A stretch of DNA of 64,000 bases. Origin: a bacterium (lineage in GTDB: Bacteria; Zhuqueibacterota; QNDG01; JAFGCO01). The notes under the pieces were generated by a model. That model saw only the letters and a program-made list of their open reading frames with translations. It searched no databases and was not told the DNA's origin. Shown piece after piece: positions 41,463 to 51,804 of this stretch (positions within the stretch are counted from its first letter, which is position 1; every line of letters starts with the position of its first letter). A program made the position numbers and the translations under genes. The stretch lies in contig JAFGCO010000006.1 in the NCBI GenBank assembly GCA_016932575.1, positions 16,238-80,237 of the forward strand, written 5' to 3'.

Positions 41463-41764
41463 GAAGGCATTTTTCCCATGTTCAAATTTTTTATTGCACT
41501 TAAGATGTCGCTTCCAGTTTTTCAGAGACAATCCAGAAACAATCAATAAGCTGTGGTTGAATGAAAAATAGACTCAATATGGGGTAATATAATCAGGATT
41601 CATCAGAAAATAAAGAGATGGTTCTTGATTTTGTCATTTTTAATTTTAATTTATAGTTAAATAATTTGCGAATTTTATATGATTATCATTTTTATAAAAA
41701 ACTAAAGATCTAATACTTTTCAGTCTGATTATCAGTTCATAATATTCAACCGGAGGAGAGAACC

Positions 41765-42310
41765 ATGCTTGTCTTTTTAGCAATCATCGTTTTATTGTTG
41801 CTTATGATTATTATGGTTTACAATCGTCTGGTGAAACTTCGGAATCATAATAAAAATGGGTTTCACCAGATTAATGTGCAGTTACAGCGCCGGACAGATT
41901 TAATTCCCAATCTTGTTGAAACTGTGAAAGGCTATTTGAAGCACGAAAAAAAGACGCTGGAAGCTGTCATCCGGGCTCGTTCAGCTTTGCAAAAAGCGGA
42001 TTCCCCCGGTGAAAAAGCGCAGGCCAACGATATGCTATCTTCCACATTGAAAAGCCTTTTTGCCGTGGTTGAGAATTATCCCCAATTAAAGGCCAATGAA
42101 AATTTTCTGCGTCTGCAAGAAGAAATTACGACCACAGAGAATCAAGTGGCTTTTGCCCGCCAGTATTATAATGATTCGGTGATGAAATATAATACGGCCA
42201 TTGAATCCTTTCCCCAATCGCTTATTGCCGCGATGTGCAATTTTCGGGCGTTTCATTATTTTAAAACAGAGAGTGCAGCCGCAAGAAAAGCGCCGAAGGT
42301 GAAGTTCTAA
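41765..42310 (+). CDS. lemA: LemA family protein
   Basis: YNRLV, LQRR.DLIPNLVETVKGY, ENYPQLKANENF, RQYYND. Confidence 0.95.
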   Translation: MLVFLAIIVLLLLMIIMVYNRLVKLRNHNKNGFHQINVQLQRRTDLIPNLVETVKGYLKHEKKTLEAVIRARSALQKADSPGEKAQANDMLSSTLKSLFAVVENYPQLKANENFLRLQEEITTTENQVAFARQYYNDSVMKYNTAIESFPQSLIAAMCNFRAFHYFKTESAAARKAPKVKF

Positions 42311-42547
42311 GTATAAGGTTCAAAAACAAATATCAAAAAGTAAAAATTCCACTCCAATTTGAAAACCAACCCAAATTTTTTGTCATTCCCATATTTTTCA
42401 AATAGAGGATGTTCTTACTCGTCTTTTGGTGACCCTGTCTTTCGAAGATCCGATGCTTTTCCATATAAAAATTTTTTTGGTCAGAAATCCATGCGTGGAT
42501 GATGAAGAATGTATTTTTAATATAAGTATTTGGGGGTGAACCTCTTC

Positions 42548-44284
42548 CTAAATGATATGATCCATTTTATTTGCTTCTTCCACCAGAATCTGCAATAACT
42601 CCAGTTCATTTTGATCAAACCAGACCACCCGGCAGAATTGGCAGGTATCGAGTTCGATGTGATATACGACATTGTACAGAGATCGGATCATGGGCATACT
42701 GCAGCATGGGCAGAGATACTGTTCCAATTTATTACCCAGGGATTTGGTATTGCCTTTAGATCTGTACCACTGGATGGCTTTTTTTCGTGCTGTCTCAGAA
42801 AATTGCACATCCTGACGGATAAGAATGGTTTGAATGCTCTCCAGAAGCACTATTTTACCGGAGCATTCCGGGCAGTACTGAACGGATACGTTTTCATAAC
42901 TGCCTCTGACCAAATTTTTTCTGCAAATTGGACAAAGAACATCAGGACTCAAAAAATCCTTTACGCTTTTTTTTCGTTGATGCATGTTTTTGATTTTTTG
43001 CACATATTTGGCGGGCACACCTGTTTTCAATAAATTTTTGGGAATGGTGTCCGATTGAGAAGTACTGGCTTCATCCACCGTAATAAATGTGGTCAAAGTA
43101 AACCAGGGCATGCGTACCAGAGTCTCGGTTGAAAGGCCGGAGATCCAACCGCCGGAAGGTGTGCGTATTTTCCAAAGTTGTTCATTTGGAGTGTTCATCC
43201 ATTCAGAAGATGGAATTTCAGGAGGTACTAGACGAATGGGGGTATCGGATTCCGGCTCAGCATGTTTGAACCGGTGTGTTGGATAATGCGCCATAGCAAG
43301 CAGAGCGGCAAGCCTTTTTTTAGGGGGAGGATGGCTGCTGAGAAGGTTGGTCCAGAACCCTCCTTTTTCATTTGATCCCTCTGAATCGGGTGAGACGATA
43401 AAAAGCGGGGTGAATCCAACTGCATAGAGTCCCAAGTTGGATGGATTACAGTGAGCTTTGTCAATAGCCCGGGCCAGAGCCATTGGATTGCGAGTCATTT
43501 CCACAGCGGTAGCATCTGCAATAAACTCTCTGTTTTGACTTATAAAACAGCTGAGCAAACGCATCATACCAGAAGAGATTCCCAGTATGAAGCTATAAAA
43601 AACCTGGAGGCCCGTGCGGTATTCTTTGTCATTGATGAGCGTTTTTTTGCTTATAGAATGCATCGTATTGATTAATGAAGTGATAAATCCAATATAGAAG
43701 GTGTCTCCATTGCGAATGTGAGCCAGTTCATGGGCAACAATGGCTTGAAGCTCGTCCCGCTTAAATTTGGAGACGATGCCTTCGGTTAAAGCGACTATTG
43801 GTGTTCCCTCTTTGTCGATGAGGGCCATTGAGTTAAAAACACCGGAAGGAATGATTCTCGCGTATACACTGGGCAGGCCGCAGGCGATACGGATTTCATC
43901 AACAATATTTTTAAACTGCTGATGACAGCTGTCCAGTTTTCCGGGTGGATGCAGGTTGAGTATTTTGAGTAACCGTTGTCTTCCGTATAATTTGGCGTAG
44001 GTCCAATGTAACCCCAGGAATGTCAAAGACAATCCCAGGATGATAAATATGTCGGTCCATGAAAAATAGGAGATAAAAAAAGAGGAACCAAAATCAGTGA
44101 ATATGACACGATCCTCGAAATATGTCATGAGGGGGATCCACAGAATTCTGATTGGTATATAAAGGACAGTAATGGTGAACACATAGATTAAAAACAGTGG
44201 AAAGATAAGAATAGCTGTCTTCCTGTTTTCCCGGGTCCGTATTTCATAGAAATTTTGCGGTGATGATTTCAAGTTGAAACTCAA
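42548..44284 (-). CDS. HtpX-like M48 membrane metallopeptidase fused to two C-terminal zf-TFIIB ribbons
   Basis: TM helices, ELQAIVAHELAH (HEXXH), REFIADA, SHPP..KR; CPIC..CPECSG and CPCC..CQFC..VWFD..EL. Start uncertain (TTG 44284 or 44272). Confidence 0.85.
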   Translation of the reverse strand: MSFNLKSSPQNFYEIRTRENRKTAILIFPLFLIYVFTITVLYIPIRILWIPLMTYFEDRVIFTDFGSSFFISYFSWTDIFIILGLSLTFLGLHWTYAKLYGRQRLLKILNLHPPGKLDSCHQQFKNIVDEIRIACGLPSVYARIIPSGVFNSMALIDKEGTPIVALTEGIVSKFKRDELQAIVAHELAHIRNGDTFYIGFITSLINTMHSISKKTLINDKEYRTGLQVFYSFILGISSGMMRLLSCFISQNREFIADATAVEMTRNPMALARAIDKAHCNPSNLGLYAVGFTPLFIVSPDSEGSNEKGGFWTNLLSSHPPPKKRLAALLAMAHYPTHRFKHAEPESDTPIRLVPPEIPSSEWMNTPNEQLWKIRTPSGGWISGLSTETLVRMPWFTLTTFITVDEASTSQSDTIPKNLLKTGVPAKYVQKIKNMHQRKKSVKDFLSPDVLCPICRKNLVRGSYENVSVQYCPECSGKIVLLESIQTILIRQDVQFSETARKKAIQWYRSKGNTKSLGNKLEQYLCPCCSMPMIRSLYNVVYHIELDTCQFCRVVWFDQNELELLQILVEEANKMDHII

Positions 44285-44285
44285 A

Positions 44286-44945
44286 TTAGACTGCTTTTGG
44301 ATTTTTCTGATACAGATGAAAAACATGCCAGTCATGGATCATATGCTCGAAACGACCGGCTGTGGTCAGCGGATGAATCCGAATACGGATGACTCTGTCC
44401 TTTATTTCCATGACCGCACAACTGCTTTCGGTTTTTGAAAAGGCCCGTCCGGGATTGACAAATAACCGGTCTCCTGTAAAATGCAGTTTCGGCCAGTGGA
44501 GATGGCCGAAGAAAACAATATTGGTATCAGGCAATGTTTGCACGCATCGTTTGATCATGCGGTTTGCCACCATATTGAAGAATCCTGCCCGCCCGAAAAC
44601 AAAGTCTGTCAAACGATGCCAGAATGTCTTCATGCCGTGCCACATGACAATTTGGATTCCGCCGGCGACCTGCACGATACATTTTTCCGGCAAGGGGGGG
44701 TCAAACAACCGGTCTCCCCGGTTGTTCCCCCGCACGGCAAGGGTGGGAGCCATACGGCTCAGATGCTCCAATACGGGTGCTGTTGTAATATCCCCCCCGT
44801 GCAGAATAAGATCCACATTGCTGAAAATTTCCTGTACAGACGGGTAAAGACCCGCGGCACGGTCAGGCACGTGGGTATCTGCAATAAGACCGATGCGTGC
44901 AGCCCTGGGATAATGAAAAACCGGAATGGGGGATTTGTCGGGCAT
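44286..44945 (-). CDS. YfcE-like metallophosphoesterase
   Basis: DTH, GD, GNN, HG, GHLH, NPG motifs. Confidence 0.85.
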   Translation of the reverse strand: MPDKSPIPVFHYPRAARIGLIADTHVPDRAAGLYPSVQEIFSNVDLILHGGDITTAPVLEHLSRMAPTLAVRGNNRGDRLFDPPLPEKCIVQVAGGIQIVMWHGMKTFWHRLTDFVFGRAGFFNMVANRMIKRCVQTLPDTNIVFFGHLHWPKLHFTGDRLFVNPGRAFSKTESSCAVMEIKDRVIRIRIHPLTTAGRFEHMIHDWHVFHLYQKNPKAV

Positions 44946-45011
44946 ATTTTCTCCTGGCCTGGCCGGCATTAAAAATCGCGGAAATAAAAAACCAAATATT
45001 CATTTCAATCG

Positions 45012-45821
45012 CTATTCCAGTCTTGATAAATCATCGAGTTCCAGCAAATGAAACCCATGCTCTTTGGCAAGTGCATGTTCACGTGTTGTGTTGAATCCCC
45101 ATAATGCAAGATGACAGTGCACGCCCAGGTCAGCGACAGAGATAAGATGCAGCACTTTATCATCGATAAAATGAATTTGGTGAAACGGTACCTGATAAGT
45201 TTTCTGAAGCTTTTCCAGATGATGTTTTTTTGTGTCAGACAAATCTTTATCCAGAATCCGCGAAGCGGGAAACACAGCGTCCAATCCGTAGGATTTCAGC
45301 TGGATATGAACGGATGGTCCGTCCTTGGATGTTGCTATGGCAAGTCTGAATCGTCCTGAAAGACATTTGATAGCTTCGATGACGCCCGGGAATGCAGGCA
45401 GAAGTTCGGACCAGATTTCCGGATTTTCCTGATAGGATCGCCTGAGCTGATAATAAATTGTGTGATACTTATCCAGTATGGCGGGATCGAGCCGGATTTT
45501 AAATCTGTCGTAGGATGCCTGATCGACGATGTCCGGGGTTTTTCCGCATTCGATTATTCTAAGGATTACATAATAGTCTTCCGCCCGGTTCCCAAGGGGC
45601 ATCAAATGAGAAAAGGATTGATACAAACGAGGATGTTTTTTTTCGACCGTAAAAATGGCTTCCGGAGGATCCACGGGATCCGATATGGGCAGATTGTGGC
45701 CCGGAAACAGATGGATGTAGGCATTTAATGCTGTCCGGAATGAATCGTGCACTGAATTGGAAATAACCCCATCAAAATCGAAAACAAGAAGCTGCAGTGG
45801 CATTTTTTGTTTTTTGGTCAT
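45012..45821 (-). CDS. HAD-superfamily hydrolase
   Basis: FDFDGV, TSK, K, FIDD, WGFN. Confidence 0.85.
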   Translation of the reverse strand: MTKKQKMPLQLLVFDFDGVISNSVHDSFRTALNAYIHLFPGHNLPISDPVDPPEAIFTVEKKHPRLYQSFSHLMPLGNRAEDYYVILRIIECGKTPDIVDQASYDRFKIRLDPAILDKYHTIYYQLRRSYQENPEIWSELLPAFPGVIEAIKCLSGRFRLAIATSKDGPSVHIQLKSYGLDAVFPASRILDKDLSDTKKHHLEKLQKTYQVPFHQIHFIDDKVLHLISVADLGVHCHLALWGFNTTREHALAKEHGFHLLELDDLSRLE

Positions 45822-45853
45822 GTTTTTTCTTCAGGGTGAGGTTGTTTCATATC

Positions 45854-46285
45854 TTATTTCGTATCATAAGTTTTTATCTGTTGAATGGAAAAGCTGTCAA
45901 AATTATCCAGCAGTTCGATATTGATATTTTCTTTTTGGAGAAATTTTTGAAAGAGATTTCTGCCTCTATCCCAGCTTTCCTTCTCAAATTCCATTTTATC
46001 GGATCCGGTGGGTGTTTGGATGGTTTTCCAGTAAGCTTCGGATTTGTTGTTCTTTAACCATGATTTTTGCTGGCTGTGATGACCTGCTTCATGAAAAAGC
46101 AGATATAATAGTGTGGTGAAATCCTCGGCATCGGGATTGTAAAACAGGACAATGCTCCCCATTTGAGCAGGGGGATAATAATAAGCCAGCGATTCACGGA
46201 TAGGTATCAGCTGGATACTCAAATCCTTATAGCAATCCCAGCAGAGGAAGGCTTTCGCCTGTTTAATCACTTCGAATGATATCAT
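45854..46285 (-). CDS. Small hypothetical protein with zincin HEXXH motif
   Basis: LFHEAGH followed by E..SW..G. Confidence 0.6.
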   Translation of the reverse strand: MISFEVIKQAKAFLCWDCYKDLSIQLIPIRESLAYYYPPAQMGSIVLFYNPDAEDFTTLLYLLFHEAGHHSQQKSWLKNNKSEAYWKTIQTPTGSDKMEFEKESWDRGRNLFQKFLQKENINIELLDNFDSFSIQQIKTYDTK

Positions 46286-46293
46286 TACCCGGT

Positions 46294-46683
46294 TTATTTT
46301 TCTCCGGCTTCTATGAAGTCAGCCACAAAAATATACCGGAAGGGCCGATCTTTCCAAACCCGCCATGCGCCGAAAAGCCCATAGGCGATCACCCAAATCC
46401 ATGCAAGGAAATAAAAAGGCTTCAACAGCTTTCCAATGAAAATAAGAGATAAGAGCGCAATAATAAGGAATAGAATTGCTGCAATTATATAGACGCAGAG
46501 CTGATAGAAAAAAGCCTGCTTGGCATGGAACTGCACAAATCGGGATGATTTGGGCAGCAGCCAGATGACCAGGGGGATCACCATCGTAAACGGGCCAATG
46601 AAAAAAATAGCCAGTGATGCATGCGAAGCCACGGCCATTAACTTTTCCTCATGTGTCACAGCAGATTTTGTTTCAACCACCAT
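46294..46683 (-). CDS. DUF4870 / Tic20-like membrane protein
   Basis: EK..A..SH, PLVIW, FV.FHAKQA...Q, FRY; GGAGG SD. Confidence 0.85.
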   Translation of the reverse strand: MVVETKSAVTHEEKLMAVASHASLAIFFIGPFTMVIPLVIWLLPKSSRFVQFHAKQAFFYQLCVYIIAAILFLIIALLSLIFIGKLLKPFYFLAWIWVIAYGLFGAWRVWKDRPFRYIFVADFIEAGEK

Positions 46684-46871
46684 CTCAACCTCCTTGGTAT
46701 TAGAAAAAGCTTTGTGAATAAATTGATTTTTAATTCAATGCCAAACTCTGCGACTCGGCAATTGTTTTACAAACATCCGAATTATATCCGTACAGGATTT
46801 TTACAGAGCGACGAATCCCAATGATATTTACAGGCCCCTGTTTGTCTGTTCATAAAAACAAGGGATTTTCA

Positions 46872-48314
46872 TTATCCGGACAATGCTTTCAGTGTTTCTT
46901 GAAGCAGTTTATAAAAACGTTCAACAGAGTGAATATGCACCCTTTCATCCGGAGAATGCGGGTTTTGAAGATCCGGTCCAAAGCTGATCATATCCATGCC
47001 TTCAAATTTTTCACCAATGATTCCGCATTCAAGACCGGCGTGAATGGCTTCAACCTTTGCCTCTTTGCCGGTGACATTTTTATAAATTGCTTTCATGGTT
47101 TTCAGAATGGCTGAATCCAGATTGGGCGTCCATGCGGGGTAACCTGCCAGGTGAATGACACGGGCGCCGGCAAGCGATGCAACGGCGCCTATTTTTTGAC
47201 GTGTAGCCTCCAGAGCGGAAAGAATGGAGCTCCGGCTGCTGGTGTAGATCATTGGCTCACGGGTATCGTTCTTTACAATAGCCAGATTGTTCGACGTTTC
47301 GACCAGGCCCTTAATTTCCTGGCTCATGGCCATTACACCGTGGGGCAGGCCTGCCAAAAGGTTCAGAAGCCTGGCCTGATCTTCGGCTTTTAATGGATCT
47401 CCATGGGTATCCTTTACAGATTGGATATCCAAAGTCATTTCTTTTTCCACAGATTTGTATTCGAATTGAATTTCTTTCAGGGAGGCATGCAACTGGTCTT
47501 TTAATTCAGCCTCCTTATCGCACAAAAGGACAGCAAATGCTTCCCTGGGAATGGCGTTGTGCTTGCTGCCGCCTTCAAGAGAGACGAGATCGATGTCGGT
47601 TTTCAAATTTAACAGTACTCGGGCCAGTAATTGTATGGCATTGCCCCGGCCTGTGTGGATATCAATCCCCGAATGCCCCCCCCTTAATCCTTTTAAACCC
47701 ACGGAAAAGGCCTTTTTGCCTGAAGCAGATTTTCGTTGCACGGGTAATTTAATTTCCGTGTCTCCGCCTCCGGCGCAGCCGATAAAGAAAGTGCCCTCTT
47801 CTTCACTGTCCAGATTAATCAGAACACGTCCTTTTAGGAAATCATGACTAATTGATGTGGCACCGTTGAGTCCCGTTTCTTCATCAGTTGTAAAAAGCAA
47901 CTCGAGCGGGCCGTGCTGTACAGAGCTGTCTTCAGCAACCGCCAGAGAAGCGGCGACACCGATTCCGTTATCTGCACCCAACGTTGTGCCGTTTGCTGTC
48001 ACCCAGTCTCCATCGATGATTACCTCAATGGCATCCTTTTCAAAATCAAATTGTTTGTCCGAGTTCTTTTCACAGACCATGTCCAGATGGCCCTGCAAGA
48101 CAATGATGGGTGCCTTTTCATGACCTGGTGAAGCCGGCACCTGAATCAGCACATTGCCTGCGCTGTCCTGTTTGGAGGGGAACCCTGTTTGCTCAGCATA
48201 TTTTAATACATATTCACCCGCGTATTTTTCATTTTTCGAGCATCTGGGTATTTGCCGAATTTCGTCAAAATGTTTCCAGAGTAAAGCGGGTTTCAGATCG
48301 GTGATGGATGCCAT
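46872..48314 (-). CDS. pepD: Aminoacyl-histidine dipeptidase (M20C)
   Basis: LQGHLDMVCEK, TTLGADNGIG, DEETG, NLDSEE, GGHSG, IHAGLECG, HSPDE. Confidence 0.95.
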   Translation of the reverse strand: MASITDLKPALLWKHFDEIRQIPRCSKNEKYAGEYVLKYAEQTGFPSKQDSAGNVLIQVPASPGHEKAPIIVLQGHLDMVCEKNSDKQFDFEKDAIEVIIDGDWVTANGTTLGADNGIGVAASLAVAEDSSVQHGPLELLFTTDEETGLNGATSISHDFLKGRVLINLDSEEEGTFFIGCAGGGDTEIKLPVQRKSASGKKAFSVGLKGLRGGHSGIDIHTGRGNAIQLLARVLLNLKTDIDLVSLEGGSKHNAIPREAFAVLLCDKEAELKDQLHASLKEIQFEYKSVEKEMTLDIQSVKDTHGDPLKAEDQARLLNLLAGLPHGVMAMSQEIKGLVETSNNLAIVKNDTREPMIYTSSRSSILSALEATRQKIGAVASLAGARVIHLAGYPAWTPNLDSAILKTMKAIYKNVTGKEAKVEAIHAGLECGIIGEKFEGMDMISFGPDLQNPHSPDERVHIHSVERFYKLLQETLKALSG

Positions 48315-48764
48315 GATATCCTCCGTCAATTATACGATTACTTGAGACTTATATTGAAATATAGGTAAAAAAATGACAAAGGGCAACCGGCAAGTTATCG
48401 ATAGCCAAAGTATGACTGGTGTCTAATTGGAGGAGTGATTCGATTTTAAATGATACAGGTTTTTTTGTATCTTCGAATAAACCCTCTTCACTATTGTCAA
48501 TTACGAATCCAGTGATTCCTTTCAGTGATTCCAGCGGGGGTATCGCTTTTTATCAGAATTTTTTAACTTAAATACAGAATATCCTATATGAATTACCTAA
48601 ATATGTCTGTCATTCAGAGTAACCCATGAATAAAACAGGGACTTTATGTGTATTTATGATAAAATAATACATATTAGGATAATTATTGACAATTTTTGTG
48701 AACTTTTTGCTTGCTTTATTCGTCATATTTATGTACGCTTAAGCATGATTATGGGAGGTGCATA

Positions 48765-48947
48765 TTGAAGCAGATCTCGCGGCATGAAGCAGAGAGCTTG
48801 TTTCAACAGTCCGGGGTTCTTTCCACCAAGATCGAGCATAATTCTTCGGGATTGAAGGTTTCTCTGCAATATAGTGAAGATCAGGCCTGTGTTGTTTTTT
48901 ACAACAGACAGGATGGCGAGAAAACCTATTTTCTTGATCGCGTTTAA
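48765..48947 (+). CDS. Small hypothetical protein (60 aa)
   Basis: GGGAGG SD then TTG: MKQISRHEAESLFQQ...KTYFLDRV. Confidence 0.55.
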   Translation: MKQISRHEAESLFQQSGVLSTKIEHNSSGLKVSLQYSEDQACVVFYNRQDGEKTYFLDRV

Positions 48948-49077
48948 ACAATGACAGCAATTGACAGACCTGTTGTAACGGGGTCGAGCGAGCGCATTTT
49001 TTGGTTACAAGCCTGCCATAGTGATATCATATTCCAAGATGTTTACAGGAATAACAATGCGAGCCGAGAGTATATTA

Positions 49078-50130
49078 TCAGTACATGCCGGTAATTTTTT
49101 TTGTTATCTTTCCCCAAACCTGAAGTATGTCATAACCGATTTTGCTGATTTTAAGCAAAGCAGGTTTATGAACATAAATATACCGGCCAAATTCAATTAA
49201 ATCGCCACCGAATTTTTCTTTGAATTGCCGGACACCATATGGCTGATCAATGCGCCCCGCCCATCCAAAGTCAAACAATCGGTAGCCATTTTGATGCCCC
49301 CATTTAAGTATGTGCCAGATAAAACCGTCCGTAGGATAGTAATTCCGCATTTTAAAATCATCGGCACTGTACCAGAGATAAATGATTTTATGATACACCA
49401 GGACAAGAAAACTTGCGAAAGGTTTGCCCTCTGCTTTTGCCAGAAAAAACATGGCCATGTTTTTCGGAACCAGAATATTAAAAATATTTTCAAACAGTGA
49501 CAGATCGGGAAGCGGAATATGTTTTACGGCAAAGGTTCGTTTAAGGTTTTGGTAAAACAGAGGCAGCATGCTGCGTTCTTTTATGGTCTCAAATGTTACT
49601 CCCCTTTTTTCTGCCAGACGCACATTCCGACGTGCAGATTTGTGAAATTGCTGCCAAATTTTATCTGGCGGCTTGTCAAGACCGATCCAATAATTGATAT
49701 GAGGTTCTTTTACGAATCCCTTTTTCCGCAGCAGTGGCAACACAGATGCGGGATCTGTAAGGTTTCTGATATCTGAAAACAGTGCATGATTATTGATATC
49801 ATTGATATAATAATCCAGCAGGTAAGAATAGGCCTCCCTTCCTTGTTCTGTTTCCTGATAAAGGGATCCGCCATAGTGAATCGCGCGCGTGGTCAATGAT
49901 CTTAACAACCCTGGTTTCAGAGTGACCAGAACCGGAAGAAACATGGCCAGTATGCTGCCGTTTTTTTCTGCCGCATAAATTCTGGGCTGATAATCAAGGC
50001 TGTTTTGAAAAACTTGAAACATTTCCGGTGTATGAAAAACAGTGCTGTGCGGTGATTTTTCAAGAAACGCTTTCCAGGATGAGAATTCGGGATTTTCATT
50101 GATGGTATAAGGTGTGGCAGATTTAATCAT
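49078..50130 (-). CDS. FemAB/FemX-like GNAT family protein
   Basis: FHTPE, RRNVR.AEK.G, W..LKWG...G...FDFG, GV.QFK.KFGG. Confidence 0.85.
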   Translation of the reverse strand: MIKSATPYTINENPEFSSWKAFLEKSPHSTVFHTPEMFQVFQNSLDYQPRIYAAEKNGSILAMFLPVLVTLKPGLLRSLTTRAIHYGGSLYQETEQGREAYSYLLDYYINDINNHALFSDIRNLTDPASVLPLLRKKGFVKEPHINYWIGLDKPPDKIWQQFHKSARRNVRLAEKRGVTFETIKERSMLPLFYQNLKRTFAVKHIPLPDLSLFENIFNILVPKNMAMFFLAKAEGKPFASFLVLVYHKIIYLWYSADDFKMRNYYPTDGFIWHILKWGHQNGYRLFDFGWAGRIDQPYGVRQFKEKFGGDLIEFGRYIYVHKPALLKISKIGYDILQVWGKITKKITGMY

Positions 50131-50289
50131 GCAACGTCCCCGTTTGAAATGATTTCTTCCTCTCTAAATGCAATATTAAAAAATATTCCCTCACTCTTTA
50201 TAATATACAGATTTTTCTGTGTATTATCAATCCTTGACTTTATTCACAAATTCTATTAATTTTACTTTATTCCATCAGGAGAAAAAATA

Positions 50290-51669
50290 ATGGCAAAAAA
50301 GAAGGTGACGTTTTGTGAAAACCATCCGGATATTGCAACAAGTGACAGTTGTGAGGTCTGTGGAAAAAATATTTGTTACAATTGCCTGAAGGTATTTACC
50401 GGCCGCACATTTTGCAGCCGCAAATGCATCCGCAAGTATGCATTGGACCATATTCGACAGTTTTTCATCGATTTTTCGATAAAAACAGGATGGATTATTA
50501 CCTGGCCGATTCATGGATTATTACGCGTGCAAAAATGGCGCGGGTTGGAATGGTGCCTGGTGCTGGGGCTTGCCTTGAGTATCTATCTGAATATCCAGCT
50601 AAAGAAGGAACTCGATGTTCTGCAATCTGTCGTGGCGACCGGAGCCGAAGGAGCAATATCGATTGACGACAAGACCTTGCCGCCTGCGCATGTTTTCAAG
50701 CCGGCAGAAGGCGGTATGGTTCAATCCAACCGTATTGATATTTCCGGTGAAGCGGAGGAGAACTGGATTGTCTCTCTTTCGCGGGATGATAAAGTGATCT
50801 CTGTCAAACTCCCCGAGAATGGTAAATTTGAATTTACAAATGTCCGTCTCTATAGGGGACAGAACGAATTGGTCGTCCGGGCTCTGAATCAGGAAGGCAG
50901 AGTCGTTGTGCTTCAGACTCTGAATTTACAATATGGCCTGCCTACTTTGAGATATTTACTGAGTGAAATCAAGCGGGGACCAGTGGGTAGGAAACGCGTG
51001 GCATTCACTTTTGACGGAGGCGCGGAAGACAATGCAGCAGATGAAATATTAGACTATTTAAAAGAAGAGAATGTCAGATCCACATTTTTTCTGACCGGCC
51101 GGTTTATTCAGCAATATCCTCAGACCGTCAGACGCATTGTATCAGAGGGCCATGAAGTAGGGAATCATACCATGAACCACCCGCATTTAACCACATATGA
51201 AAAAAACCGGAGGCATTATACACGTGAAAATATTACCAGAGACTTGTTGCATAACGAGCTTAACAAGACCGCCCAGAGGTTCGAATGTGTTACAAAAAAG
51301 AAGATGTCGTATTTATGGAGGGCTCCTTATGGCGAAAGAAACAATGATATTTTAAAATGGGCAGCTGAAGCCGGTTACAAACATATCGGATGGACAGTCG
51401 GACGGGGCTGGGAAGAAAATATGGATACCATGGATTGGGTGGCTGATAAAAATTCAAAAGCCTACCACAGCGCTGAGGAGATTGCAGATAAAATTCTTTC
51501 ATATGCCGACAATACGGGAGACGGGGCCGATGGCGTGATTATTCTAATGCATCTCGGTACCAACCGGAAAGATGATTATCCGCATAAAAAACTGCCGGAA
51601 ATATTAAAAGGTTTGAAACAGAGAGGTTATGAACCGGTGACTGTGAGTGAGTTGTTGGGTATGAACTGA
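50290..51669 (+). CDS. Polysaccharide deacetylase (NodB/CE4) with N-terminal B-box-like Zn finger, TM helix and Ig-like domain
   Basis: CENHP...CEVC...C..C...CSRKC; TFDGG, TFFLTG, HEVGNHT..HP, RAPYG, ILMH. Confidence 0.85.
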   Translation: MAKKKVTFCENHPDIATSDSCEVCGKNICYNCLKVFTGRTFCSRKCIRKYALDHIRQFFIDFSIKTGWIITWPIHGLLRVQKWRGLEWCLVLGLALSIYLNIQLKKELDVLQSVVATGAEGAISIDDKTLPPAHVFKPAEGGMVQSNRIDISGEAEENWIVSLSRDDKVISVKLPENGKFEFTNVRLYRGQNELVVRALNQEGRVVVLQTLNLQYGLPTLRYLLSEIKRGPVGRKRVAFTFDGGAEDNAADEILDYLKEENVRSTFFLTGRFIQQYPQTVRRIVSEGHEVGNHTMNHPHLTTYEKNRRHYTRENITRDLLHNELNKTAQRFECVTKKKMSYLWRAPYGERNNDILKWAAEAGYKHIGWTVGRGWEENMDTMDWVADKNSKAYHSAEEIADKILSYADNTGDGADGVIILMHLGTNRKDDYPHKKLPEILKGLKQRGYEPVTVSELLGMN

Positions 51670-51804
51670 TCATGGAAGGATCCCATCCCTGATTTTTTTA
51701 AATGTCGGTCCATTATGCATTGCTTCTCAGGGAAGTATTGTGTTATCTACAGCTTCCTGTATTCAATTATCCCTGGAATTATCCTTAGAAATCACATATC
51801 CTGT

